A stretch of 34,534 nt of DNA from Octopus bimaculoides (GCF_001194135.2 NC_068997.1:44147492-44182025), one strand, 5' to 3'; numbered from the stretch's first letter, positions 1-11,456 are shown. The notes: generated by a model not told the origin, from the letters alone. Numbers and translations are program-made.

Positions 1-248
1 CTGTTAAGCATTTTGCCTGGTGTGCTACCGATTCTGCCAGCTCACCACCTTCAGACATATGAAATTCTGTTAAGCATTTTGCCTGGTGTGCTAACAATTC
101 TGCCAGCTCACCACCTTCAGACATATGAAATTCTGTTAAGCATTTTGCCTGGTGTGCTACCGATTCTGCCAGCTCACCACCTTCAGACATATGAAATTCT
201 GTTAAGCATTTTGCCTGGTGTGCTACCGATTCTGCCAGCTCACCACTT
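1..248. repeat. 66-bp tandem repeat, about 3.7 units, derived from the family D SINE head
   Basis: Units start at 1, 67, 133 and 199 and are nearly identical (unit 2 has CTAACAATT versus CTACCGATT). May extend left of the window. Confidence 0.95.
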
Positions 249-387
249 TACTGCCTTGTAATAATAACTCATCATCATCATCATCATCGTTTAACGTCCG
301 CTTTCCATGCTAGCATGGGTTGGAGCTAGCATGGGTTGGATAAACTCACAACAACAATAGAGTTACAATCAGTGTTTAAGAACTTAC

Positions 388-465
388 CTTACAAGCACAG
401 AATGAGTTCACCAAGTTATCCAGACGTGGAGAAAATATAAACTCTTCACAAATGCCACCGATGAC
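388..465 (-). CDS. DNPEP: DNPEP exon 9 (VIGGICEEFIFSPRLDNLVNSFCACK); gene continues beyond position 1
   Basis: TTCTAG acceptor, GTAAGT donor, 78 nt. Contains RLDNL with the metal-bridging Asp of M18 peptidases. Confidence 0.96.
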
Positions 466-1598
466 CTAGAAGAAACAATTGAGACATTGTAACTGTAACT
501 GTAATTTTGGTCTCGAGTACTAGACTAAAAAAATATATAACCTGCTAGATTCCAACAAAGAAGAAAAAAACCTGTAACTTGTTTTACTTGGTTAAGCATT
601 ATATTGAAAGAATTGGCAAAAAACAAAACTGTCTGTTAGAAAAAAAACCCCAAGCAAGAACACACATGAAAGAGAAACTGACTTCCAGAGAGGTTGAATA
701 CCATGTTCATGTGCTGAAAAATTATTGGTCATCTTATCCCAAACATTACACAACTTGACAGATAGACAAATTGGTAAATATTGCCATATCAAAATCTATG
801 CAAATTACAAGACACCATGAAAGTTGTTGGACAATCCAGGTTCACTAAATACTTTCACAGGTCAGCGAACAATCATCAGATTTATCATAATTTTATGTTG
901 ATTATTTTTCTTTCCATACTGGCAATAGGTTGGACAGATCTCACATTGTCTTACCATTTGTTATAGTCCTTCATTATCTGGCAAACACACAACATTGAAA
1001 ACTGCCAATCTGTTATTGGGCATGCACAGTACACAAAATTAAACACAGAAACTACAGAAAAGTGCACCATGAAAAGGAAAGTATGCATAGATAAATAAGT
1101 AATAATGTTAGTGAATTTCAGGAAGTGTGGAATTTAAGGATACAATGTCCTCACAACAACAAACACAAATAATTTATTCCATGCTTCAACAATTCTGGGT
1201 ATGGTGGAATGGTTCCAAAAGTCATAGATTGTTTTTTTTTTTTTTATTTTATAAGTATGTTTGTGAGTGGTACATTTAAACTGTGGTCTTTATACACAAT
1301 ACCTGGGGGAGAAAAAAACGAAGGGACTGGCATGACAGGAATATTTTTGATTTGTTTAGTCAAAGGTAACTGAAAGTTAAACAACTATGCGACATCATGG
1401 CAACTATTGTTTAGTTAAGTAATATCCAGTAAGTGAGCTGCTGAGAGACACAATGAAATGCTTGCAGTGAGATGTGAAACAATGAATCAGGAATTGTTCC
1501 TTCAATATCTCAGCCATTTGGCCATCTAAGCTTATTGATAATGGTAACTAGGGAAATATAGGAAGAAAAACAGCAAAAACTACTGTTAAGGAACTTAC

Positions 1599-1706
1599 TG
1601 CTGGCTGAGTATCTGCAAGACAAAGTTCAAAGTCCATAATCTGGTTTGGCTCAACTTGCAATTCTTGAGAAAGTAGCTTCATAAGTACAGAATGGTGCTT
1701 CTCACA
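1599..1706 (-). CDS. DNPEP: DNPEP exon 8 ([36 protein letters not shown])
   Basis: TTCCAG acceptor, GTAAGT donor, 108 nt. Matches HHSVLM...[10 protein letters not shown]. Confidence 0.97.
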
Positions 1707-2168
1707 CTGGAAATAAGAATGGAGAATCAGTAAATGAAGATTAAACTTTTGAAAAGGTGTCAAGGTGCAAGAAATGGAAAGTGCTAGATTAAATGCCTTA
1801 GAGTATTCAGCATTATGCTTTGATATCCTGATTAATCAAGAATCAACTCTTCAAAATTTGCCCTTTAAAGGTCAGTAAAAACACCTGTTACGTATTGAAG
1901 TTGAATTAATTTACTAAAACCTCTCCCTGCAGATTTGTAGATATGAACTGAAGTAAGAAATCAGTCAATAAGTTTTCTAATTAAAGCACAAGAGATAAGA
2001 CAAATAGTTTTTAAAAATTGTTAATCCAATCAGAAGCCACACCAATCCATGATGCCAATGTCAAATACTGGTGTTTATAGCAGTAAGCAGAGGAAAAATT
2101 AAATCTTTATTCTGGATAAGACATTAGGCGATCACATTCAAATTTCCCAAAATTCTTTCACATGTATA

Positions 2169-2333
2169 GGCGCAGGAGTGGCTGTGTGGTAAGTAGCTTG
2201 CTTACCAACCACATGGTTCCGGGTTCAGTCCTACTGCATGGCACCTTTGGCAAGTGTCTTCTACTATAGCCTTGGGCCGACCAAAGCCTCATGAGTGGAT
2301 TTGGTAGACGGAAACTGAAAGAAGCCTGTCATA

Positions 2334-2402
<69 letters not shown>

Positions 2403-2614
2403 CTTTGTGTGTCTGTGTTTGTCCCCCCACCATCGCTTGACAACCGATGCTGGTGTGTTTACATCCCCGTAACTTAGCGGTTCGGCAAAGAGGCCGACAG
2501 AATAAGTATTAGGCTTACAAAGAATAAGTCCTAGGGTCGATTAGCTCGACTAAAGGCTGTGCTCCAGCATGGCCACAGTCAAATGACTGAAACAAGTAAA
2601 AGAGTAAAGAGAGT
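2169..2614 (+). mobile_element. Family A tRNA-derived SINE (CORE-like central motif), full length with internal (TA)n
   Basis: Head with A-box-like TGGCTGTGTGG and B-box-like GGTTCAGTCC, then CCTTTGGCAAGTG, internal (TA)n/(TG)n and an AAAGAGT tail. Near-identical copies occur elsewhere in the window. Confidence 0.9.
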
Positions 2615-3172
2615 ATGAAGAAATCTTAGTTTATCTATGTCAACAGATTAGCTCTGATTTTAAGACAATAGAGTGGCAGAGTTGGATAGAATGCTTTGCA
2701 GTATTCCAGCTTTATCTACTTAAAGCTCAAATCTTGCCATGGTCAACTTTGCCTTTCATCCTTTTGGGGAAGTCAATAAAATAGTACCAATCCAGGGTGG
2801 TAGATTGGTAGAATTATTAAAGGGTCAGGGGAGATGCTCTGTAGTGTCAAGTCTGACTTGTGTTATGACAGCCAAGCCTACAACACTGGTACTGAGCTAT
2901 ATCATTGGTACCCTTGATGCAAAAGTCATGGGTGTTGTGTTGATTTTTGATTTTCTCATTTAGTTTCATCTATGAAATGTTATCAAAGACAGGCAAAGAT
3001 TTTCTTTTCTGCATGTGCACACACACAAGCCTGAATGAATACCCAGAGTGACAACCTTGGAGTAGTAACAGAATCAATTACAGTTTCAAATAAATATATG
3101 TCAAAAATATGAAACAGGGGTAGAACTATATGAAGAAAACAATCTAATGAGAAATCCTACGTTTAACCTTAC

Positions 3173-3239
3173 CTTTGATGACTTGGTTGAGTTTTCTTCA
3201 TTTAAATGAGCTTGAACCTTGGTGGCTAGGATTGGATTC
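3173..3239 (-). CDS. DNPEP: DNPEP exon 7 (LNPILATKVQAHLNEENSTKSSK)
   Basis: ATATAG acceptor, GTAAGG donor, 67 nt; phase 2 in, phase 0 out. Matches the LxPILAT motif. Confidence 0.9.
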
Positions 3240-4249
3240 CTATATGGAAAAAAGGTAAAAAAAAAAAACAACTTATTTTAAGTAGCTCCTAATAGTAAAT
3301 TATTCATATTTTAAACATGGGAAAATACAATGTAGATATATGCTAATATATCATTATATTTTGTTATAGGTATTGTTGGAAGCTAGGAACCGTCTTTCAT
3401 GTGTCACCCTGGTCTTGAAAAATAAAAGGCATTTGGATCACATCTCAATCATAAACTATGAAGGAAGCATGAGCCAACAGGAGTGGCCCCTCTGTGGTCA
3501 GTCAACCTGCTAGAAATAGCAGACAGTCTTAAACGAAAACATACAAATATCTTTAAAAAAAACACAAAAACCAATAGGTTGGAATGCCTTGATCATAAGC
3601 CTGCTTGATCAATGCAAACTTTGGTTATGAAACAACTATGTGATGAAAATATTAGTTTCATATGTTGAGATAGGTGGGGGGGGGGACAGATTTCACAGTT
3701 TTAGGAGAGGATGAAATGTGATGCTCAAGCCTTACTACTTAAGGACATCATTATAAAATGATGCAGGTCCAATAGGAGAAAGGAACCTGTACTATTGTTT
3801 TGCTACACTGAAAGACTTGCAACCTAGTAAAAATATAAACCACTCACTCACTCTTTGTAAAAGAAATTAATTTGACCTGTTTGTTTATTTATAGAAAGCA
3901 CTGCAACATATGTTGTTAAACTCCCAGTGAACTAAATGTACAACCCAGGTTCAATTCCAAGTTTATAAGTAATCCGCAAATGCTTTTGAGAAACATGAAC
4001 AGTGACAGATACAGAGCTATGGATGACAGACTTACAGTTTATCACCCATTAATGGATAATTCTAAGCATGAAAAGTCAAGTAATTAGCTATTTGTTGCAT
4101 TAACATTGTTGATTAATGAGAACACCTATCAAATTTATCCTATTTTTGTTTTTCTTTGGTATTTTCCTTTTGAAAGTAGGTCATTCTTACATATATTTAT
4201 AGCACAAGATAAAAATACATCTACCCATATGTTTTATTAGATAAAGTAA

Positions 4250-4460
4250 AAACCAACAAGTCTATATATAGTCACTCAACTTGTTACAAATAATAGCCAA
4301 ATCTCAAATTGCACCCTCCTCTATTAAAAGAAAAGGAAAAGGACACATTACACAATGCAATCCAAGATGAACAATGCTTAAAAAAGAAAGAAGGAATGGT
4401 CATGGCTGAAATGCCTTTTATCATAGGTCCATTTGATCAAAATAAGACCAAGAATAACAA
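4250..4460 (+). repeat. Old dispersed repeat (CTGCTAGAAATAGCAGCCAAATCTC family); copies about 3490-3640, 22900-23050, 28855-29045, reverse stub about 33990-34030
   Basis: Shared motif and downstream colinear similarity; highly diverged. Confidence 0.55.
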
Positions 4461-4489
4461 CAATTAGATGAAACTGGCACTCTGAGGGT

Positions 4490-4803
4490 TATGATAATGA
4501 GGGTTCCAGTCGATCCAATCAATGGAACAGCCTCCTCGTGAAATTAATGTGCAAGTGGCTGAGCATTCCACAGACACATGTACCATTAATGTAGTTCTCA
4601 GGGAGAATCAGCATGGCACAGAACGTGACAAGGCTGGCCCCTTTGAATTACAGGTACTACTCATTTTTGCCAGCTGAGTGGACTGGAACAATGTGAAATA
4701 AAGTGTCTAGCTCAAGGACACAATCAATGCATTGCCAGGAATTGAACTCACGACCACATGATCATGAGTCGAATACCATAACCACTAAGCCATGCACCTT
4801 CAC
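4490..4803 (-). mobile_element. Family B2 SINE (different head/centre, same 3' half as B1)
   Basis: Minus-strand head GTGAAGGTGCATGGCTTAGTGG...GAGTTCAATTCC, centre GTGTCCTTGAGCTAGACACTTTATTTCAC, then the B1-type 3' segment. Second partial copy at 9273-9500 (+). Confidence 0.85.
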
Positions 4804-5871
4804 ACAATTAGACGAGCTAGTTCCCTTTCTCAGAACATATTCATTCAAAGGACAATTTGCTACAAGACCATTTCTAGTACTACTAAGAGGACTCAATGGA
4901 ATGGTTTCTCATTGCTTTCTCCAGGTAAGTATGGAATCTTAGGATTCTTTAAATGTAAAATAGAAATAAGAAACACAATTAATAATAAATGCAACTTTGA
5001 CTTCATATCTGTACTTCATGACATTCACAACAAACATCACATCTGAAGAGACATCATCTAGTCCCCCATACATTACAATGTATACATTTGTAGTGAGAAT
5101 ATTCAGCAATCAACTGATGTTGTGATTTGCTGGAATGTTGCCACATGACTGGCGAATATGACCGCCTGGAAAGAATATTACCCACACGATCAACAGATCT
5201 GGTCAATCAAAACTTCATGTGGAATAGGCTCCAGTGACCATATCAACTTTTGGCATGCTCCCTTCTGCGCCTCTCAATTGGTATAAAATGACATACACAT
5301 GTGAATGAGACCCTGAGAGCTTAGGGATGTAGCTGGTGAACAGACTATTGGTGACAGCAATGCAGAGTTGACTTTCAACATGATGGACCAACCACCAGCC
5401 ACACATCTCATAGCGGACCCATTAAAAAGGTAGATGTATTAACCAATTTGCTACATTGAAGCTATGTACAATTTTTACTTCCCAGTCTGAGTCGTCAGAG
5501 ACAAAAAGAAACCAAAATGCTTTTCATCATCATCATCATTGTTTAACGTCTGCTTTCCATGCTAGCATGGGTTGGACGATTTGACTGAGGACTGGTGAAC
5601 CAGATGGCTACACCAGGCTCCAATCTGATTTGGCAGAGTTTCTACAGCTGGATGCCCTTCCTAACGCCAACCACTCAGAAAGTGTGGTTGATTTGATAAA
5701 AATTACATTTTACATGTAGTCAGGTCAGGTCAGGGATCTCATCAAAAGCTGATTCGACCTGCTACTGGTATCATGTAAACCAGTACCGTTTCATGGTTGG
5801 GCGGTCGGCGACTAAACCAGCTACCCCACTCGAGTGACTTGCTATTCTTGTGATGAAGTGTCTGGACACCC

Positions 5872-6433
5872 NNNNNNNNNNNNNNNNNNNNNNNNNNNNN
5901 NNNNNNNNNNNNNNNNNNNNNNNNNNNNNNNNNNNNNNNNNNNNNNNNNNNNNNNNNNNNNNNNNNNNNNNNNNNNNNNNNNNNNNNNNNNNNNNNNNNN
6001 NNNNNNNNNNNNNNNNNNNNNNNNNNNNNNNNNNNNNNNNNNNNNNNNNNNNNNNNNNNNNNNNNNNNNNNNNNNNNNNNNNNNNNNNNNNNNNNNNNNN
6101 NNNNNNNNNNNNNNNNNNNNNNNNNNNNNNNNNNNNNNNNNNNNNNNNNNNNNNNNNNNNNNNNNNNNNNNNNNNNNNNNNNNNNNNNNNNNNNNNNNNN
6201 NNNNNNNNNNNNNNNNNNNNNNNNNNNNNNNNNNNNNNNNNNNNNNNNNNNNNNNNNNNNNNNNNNNNNNNNNNNNNNNNNNNNNNNNNNNNNNNNNNNN
6301 NNNNNNNNNNNNNNNNNNNNNNNNNNNNNNNNNNNNNNNNNNNNNNNNNNNNNNNNNNNNNNNNNNNNNNNNNNNNNNNNNNNNNNNNNNNNNNNNNNNN
6401 NNNNNNNNNNNNNNNNNNNNNNNNNNNNNNNNN
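5872..6433. other. Assembly gap (N); others at 14286-15243, 20987-21764, 24228-24896, 30678-30794
   Basis: Runs of N, mostly adjacent to repeats or microsatellites. Confidence 1.
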
Positions 6434-6907
6434 ATGGTTCCATGAGATTTCTTGAAGACTAAGAATGAACAATACATATAGAAATAGCAGGAATGTAGTA
6501 ACTCAAATTCTGACTATCAACAATATATGGCAAAGGGAAAATACCTTTTAAAGTCTTTCTAATTTTGGCAGAAGGCTAGCGATTTCAGAGGGAGGGAGTG
6601 GTCGATTATATCAACCCTAGTACTTGACTGGTACTATATGATATTGATACTGAAAGGATGAAAGGCAAAATTGACCTCAGCAGGATTTGAACTCAGTATC
6701 CATAGAACCAATAGAAATGCTGTTAGGCATTTTGTCTGATATGTTAGTGATTCCGCTAGCTTTCCATCAACCCCCTACTAAATGCAAGGATAATATCAAT
6801 TAATAGTTTTTCACCCCACTAAATTAGATATCTGAGATATTGTATTTGTATTTATTATACTGAAGTATGTATCATTAATATTTATTATCAGGAAAGACAT
6901 AGCACAA

Positions 6908-6996
6908 GGCCGAATAGAGGTGGGAAATTATGAAATCGAGGAGGTAAAGGAGTATGTCTATTTAGGGCACACAGTGGCTGCACCAGGCTCAAAAAC
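6908..6996 (+). mobile_element. RTE-clade LINE reverse transcriptase fragment
   Basis: Translates GRIEVGNYEIEEVKEYVYLGHTV; the IEEVxEYVYLG motif is characteristic of the C-terminal part of RTE-type RT domains. Confidence 0.7.
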
Positions 6997-7077
6997 AAAA
7001 ACAAAGAAAAGATCAAAAATTTTTTAAATTTAAGAAACCGTAGTAGTACAAATATAAAACGAAGTCATGTTTCTTAC

Positions 7078-7202
7078 AAATGATCCTCTTTGTTAAGAGT
7101 CAGTTTGTCATTAATGTCTCTCTGCAGATGGATAGCAAGATGAGGAATGCGAAGAATTGGTTTCTTCACATTCACCAGACGGTGTTCAAGTCCTTTGCCA
7201 TT
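7078..7202 (-). CDS. DNPEP: DNPEP exon 6 ([41 protein letters not shown])
   Basis: TGACAG acceptor, GTAAGA donor, 125 nt, phase 2 out. Contains [12 protein letters not shown]. Not in the supplied ORF track; translated by hand. Confidence 0.96.
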
Positions 7203-8284
7203 CTGTCAAAATACAAAAAGACGATTAGAATTGCAAGTGTTATAGTTAAAGCTTAGATATTCAATAGAGTAAATTAAAAATAGTTATGTGATAAAGAAAA
7301 GACAACATTAGCTCAATAGCAAACACTATAATCATTTTGGAAAGTATGGGAAACTATACTAAACATGTTTCTGCATTATTAGACCTCCTCAAAATTAAAT
7401 CATCTCCTCCCCAACTTCACCATACAAACATCCCAGAGCTACACTTACTATAACAATAACATTGTAACCCTAACTTGAAAAATTCCATGAGGAATAAATC
7501 AGTGAATTACTAAGACTGTTAAAGAGGAGGTGGGATTGTGGAAACAGAGATAACAGCAACATAAACGAGGAGGATGCTTCTATGCTTCATAAAATTTATG
7601 GTTTTCTTCCTTCAGCACAAGTTTTATGTTATAAGGCACAGCTGAAAGGTAAATGGAGGGAACAAGATCAAATTAGTGCTGTGCTTTTGTCACTCTTAAC
7701 AACCACAATAACAAGAATATTATTGGTAAAAGTTCTTGGGAAACTCATTTTTTAAAGCCTTACCACTCTAACATTATTATATCTTTGGGTTTTTGTTAAT
7801 ATTTATTTGTTTTAATGGGTTTTATATTTTCGATTTGAACATACATTTCAGAATTTACAAAAAACATTTTCATAATGAAATTTTAAAAAATTTTTTACTT
7901 TTTTTTTCTTTTAAAGCAGAAATTGATTAAGGTTGGAGGAATAGCAGTTACAGCTTTTTAAAAATTTTATTTTGTTTCCATCTGAAAACATTAGTCTTTT
8001 TGCTTTTTTGAAAATTTAAAATACTGTGGTCCTCTGTTTCATTGAAAACAAAAATATTACGAATGTATGCAACTGTAAATCCATTAACTGTAATTAGTTT
8101 CTGATTTTAAAAAATTCAGTAATAAATTAAAAAATGGTTTTTGCAAATTCTGAATCTCTGTTATTCATAAATTTTATAAAAGAAAAAAAAAAAAGAAACA
8201 AAGAGGGTAGATTAAAAAAAAACCCAAACTAAGCATGGTTTTTTTTTTTAAATCGCTCTTGTACTTTTCTTTGGAAGTACTCAC

Positions 8285-8410
8285 ATCAATCATTACTCGA
8301 CCAGCTACAGTAAGATCCCGATCAAGCCAAGATGCCCAAATACCACCACCATAGCATTGCACACCAACTGTCAAGTAGCCATGTCTTTCCTTTCTGGACA
8401 CTGGTTTCAC
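8285..8410 (-). CDS. DNPEP: DNPEP exon 5 (VKPVSRKERHGYLTVGVQCYGGGIWASWLDRDLTVAGRVMID)
   Basis: TTTAAG acceptor, GTGAGT donor, 126 nt. Matches the M18 motif YGGGIWxxWxDRDLxxAGRV. Confidence 0.97.
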
Positions 8411-8526
8411 CTTAAATAGAAAAATAAACAAAGTAAATATGTTACCATAACAAACAGTAGCTTGTTCACATATGTTATTAGAGGAATCCGTTAGCAAGAA
8501 CACTTATCTCCGTGTGATGTACAACC

Positions 8527-8921
8527 AGGAGTGGCTGTGTGGTAAGTAGCTTGCTTACCAACCACATGGTTCCGGGTTCATTCCCACTGCGTGGCACTTT
8601 GGGCAAGTGTCTCCTATTATAGCCTCGGGCCGACCAAAGCCTTGTGAGTGGATTTGGTAGACAGAAACTGAAAGAAGCCCGTCATATATATATATATTTG
8701 TGTGTGTGTGTTTGTGTGTCTGTGTCCCCCCCAACATCGCTTGACAACCGATGCGGGTGTGTTTATGTCCCCGTAACTTAGCGGTTCGGCAAAAGAGACC
8801 GATAGAATAAGTACTAGGCTTACAAAGAATAAGTCCTCGGGTTGATTTGCTCTACTAAAGGCGGTGCTCCAGCATGGCCGCAGTCAAATGACTGAAACAA
8901 GTAAAAGAGTATAAAAGAGTA
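8527..8921 (+). mobile_element. Family A SINE, full length
   Basis: Aligns end-to-end with 2169-2614. Confidence 0.9.
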
Positions 8922-9499
8922 ACTGTGTCCCGAGACTAATGTTTTTTCAGAACCAATCCTCATCAGCATCATCATCACTGTTTAACATCCATTGTCCATG
9001 CTGGCATGGGTTAGATGGTTTGACCAGAGCTGGTCAGCTGGATAACTGCACCAGGTTCCAGTCTGATTTGGCATGGTTTTTACAGCTGGATGCCTTTCCT
9101 AATGACAACCACTTAACAGAATGTGCTGGGTACTTTTTATGTGGTACCAGTCCAAGTGTACCTTATGTGGCACTGGTATGAGTGCATTCAATGTGACATT
9201 GACACGAGTGCATTCCATGTGGCACTGGCACGAGTGCATCCCACATGGCACTGGCACAAGTGCATTCCATGTGGAACTTTATTTCACATTGCTCCAGTCC
9301 ACTCAGCTGGCAAAAATGAGTAGTACCTGTAATTCAAAAGGCCAGCCTTGGCACACATTGTATCATGCTGAATCTCCCGGAGAACTATGTTAAGAGTGTG
9401 TGTGTCTGTGGAGTGCTCAGCCGCTTGCATGTTAATTTCACAAGCAGACTGTTCCGTTGATCAAATCAACTGCAACTCTCATCGTAACTGCTGGAGTGC

Positions 9500-9530
<31 letters not shown>

Positions 9531-9889
9531 TGTTTTAAATCTGGGTTTTGTCCCTGTTAATGGGGGGTCGATGGATCTACCTCAATGCCATAGCAACCAA
9601 GGTAGGCAGGTGCAGCCTACCCCAACCTTTGGGCTGGCTGGTGCCCATTCTCCTTGAGGCATTTTTGGAGCTGGATTTTCTACGGGGAGCATGTCCTTGC
9701 TTACCCCCAACCTCAGTTTCTAGACATGAGTGGTCCCGAGACCAAGGCCGCTACCATGATTTTTAAGAAATGTGGTGGAAAACTAGCTCAGGAAGGCAGG
9801 GACACTATTCCCTGAGACCCCTTTCAGAGCCCCCTACCTAAGTTCAGTGTTAAACTACAACCAATTATGGCTGTCATAATTACTATAAC

Positions 9890-10262
9890 TTTTATCTTTT
9901 ATTTGTTTCAGTAATTAGACTGTGGCCATGCTGGGGCACTGCCTTGAAGAATTTTTAGTTGAACAAATCAAGGCCCCTAGTACTTTTTTCCTTTTAAGCC
10001 TCGTACTTATTCTATAGATCTTTTCTGCTGAACTGCTAAATTACAGGGATATAAACAACACCAACACTGGTTGTCAAGCAGTGGTGGGGAACAAACACAA
10101 AGAAACACACATATGATAGGCTTTGTTCAGTTTCCATCTACCAAATCCACTCACAAGGCTTTAGTCAGCCTGAAACTATAGTAGAAGACACTTGTCCAAA
10201 GTGGGACTGAACCCAGAGCCATGTGGTTGGCAAGCTTCTTACCACACCGCCATGTCTATGCC
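9890..10262 (-). mobile_element. Family A SINE, older subfamily (GCACTGCCTTGAAGAATTTTTAG diagnostic)
   Basis: Reverse-complement similarity to family A; shares diagnostic segment with 32170-32578. Confidence 0.8.
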
Positions 10263-11342
10263 TATAGAATACTATTGTCAGTAGACTAATTAATAGGTAC
10301 AGGTGCAGCTGTGTGTTGAACCCTTCTAATACCAACCCACCTGAGACCATTCTATGATACCAATTCCCTGTTTTAAAGGGATCTCAAAGCCTTCCATCAA
10401 AATTTCATGTTAATGTGCTTCAAACACCACCTTAATAATGAGAAAAGTATTTCAATCAAGTCATTATTTTCAAATTACTTGAAACAAAGGTATATTATCC
10501 AACAGTATCAGTGCCAGGTAGTGTTTAGGCATAAGCAAACTTAAGGTTAGTCAAATATGTTTGTGGCATATTTCAACTTCTAAAGGTAAATTCACTGCAA
10601 TTACCAAGGAGAAAAAAATTCTCTCTTATGGTAAAAAGGTATAAAAACACCATATCTGTCCAGTGTTGCCCCCCTGTTGGATTCCCAAATGTGTTTCTAG
10701 CTTTTTAGCTGTTATCAATGAGAAATACTGGAGAGGTAACTCTGAACAGACTTAATGAAAGTTATAGATTTAACTAAAACAGGGTAAACAAAATAATATA
10801 ATAACAAATGGTTAAAAAAAAAGAACAAAACAAAAATATACTACAATAAACTCCCTCATTAGGCACCACTGGAACTGGAAGGGAGCCAGATAATTGAATT
10901 TTCTGGATCCCTGATTACCATTTTCTAACTTACCAAAGCACCTTAGAAAACTCCTTAAAACTCACTCTATATACATCAGTTTTATCATTAATATTCCATT
11001 TCATCATTAATATTATAAATGTAGTAGAAATGATAGAAGTAGGAAGAAATAAAAGTATAATCCAAGTAAAAAACAAAATTTTATTAACCTAATAAAACAC
11101 AGAAATTGTAAATGCTGCTAAATATTATACTTTGAGAAGCACCTATTCATTTTATGTACAACAAACTTTCTTTTAATGAAAATTAATTAACACAAATTCT
11201 CTCGACTAATTAACAAGATATTTTCATTTATTTTTTCTTCTGGGTCCCAGTTGTTTAAAAGTTCCAGTTGAGTGTCAGCTGAGAGGAATTTTACTGTAAT
11301 TAAAGAATTCAAAGACAGAAAAGACGAGGAAAGATGTTTTAC

Positions 11343-11456
11343 CTTAAGGCAAGGACTGTCAACGTGGGCGCCAACCAAGCTGAATCCATTCCCAGGTTTA
11401 TACTGAGCTCCGACAGCAAAGGCAATAAGTGTGGATTCATTTCTAGTCAGAAAGTA
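11343..11456 (-). CDS. DNPEP: DNPEP exon 4 ([38 protein letters not shown])
   Basis: TTTTAG acceptor, GTAAAA donor, 114 nt. Contains GAHxDSP with the first metal-ligand His of M18 peptidases. Confidence 0.97.

Noticed and set aside
1-248. CRISPR-like array, or the repetitive 82-aa ORF 13..261
   Set aside because: Units are head-to-tail with no unique spacers, the context is eukaryotic and intronic, and the ORF is a by-product of a 66-nt (multiple of 3) repeat.
5160-5215. Cys-loop receptor (YPxDxQxC-like) reading of YYPHDQQIWSIK
   Set aside because: Neither Cys of the Cys-loop is present in frame and no convincing transmembrane segments follow. The upstream GWFLIAFS...DVVICW pattern fits DOMON better, though both remain unverified.
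5742-6477. Long ORFs of 200-380 aa here and at about 14184-15320, 20914-21807, 24165-24968, 30594-30895
   Set aside because: They consist of X residues spanning N-gaps.
8350-11370. A-to-I recoding as the explanation for DNPEP motif substitutions
   Set aside because: A-to-G editing cannot convert GTT (Val) to Thr or CAA (Gln) to Glu.
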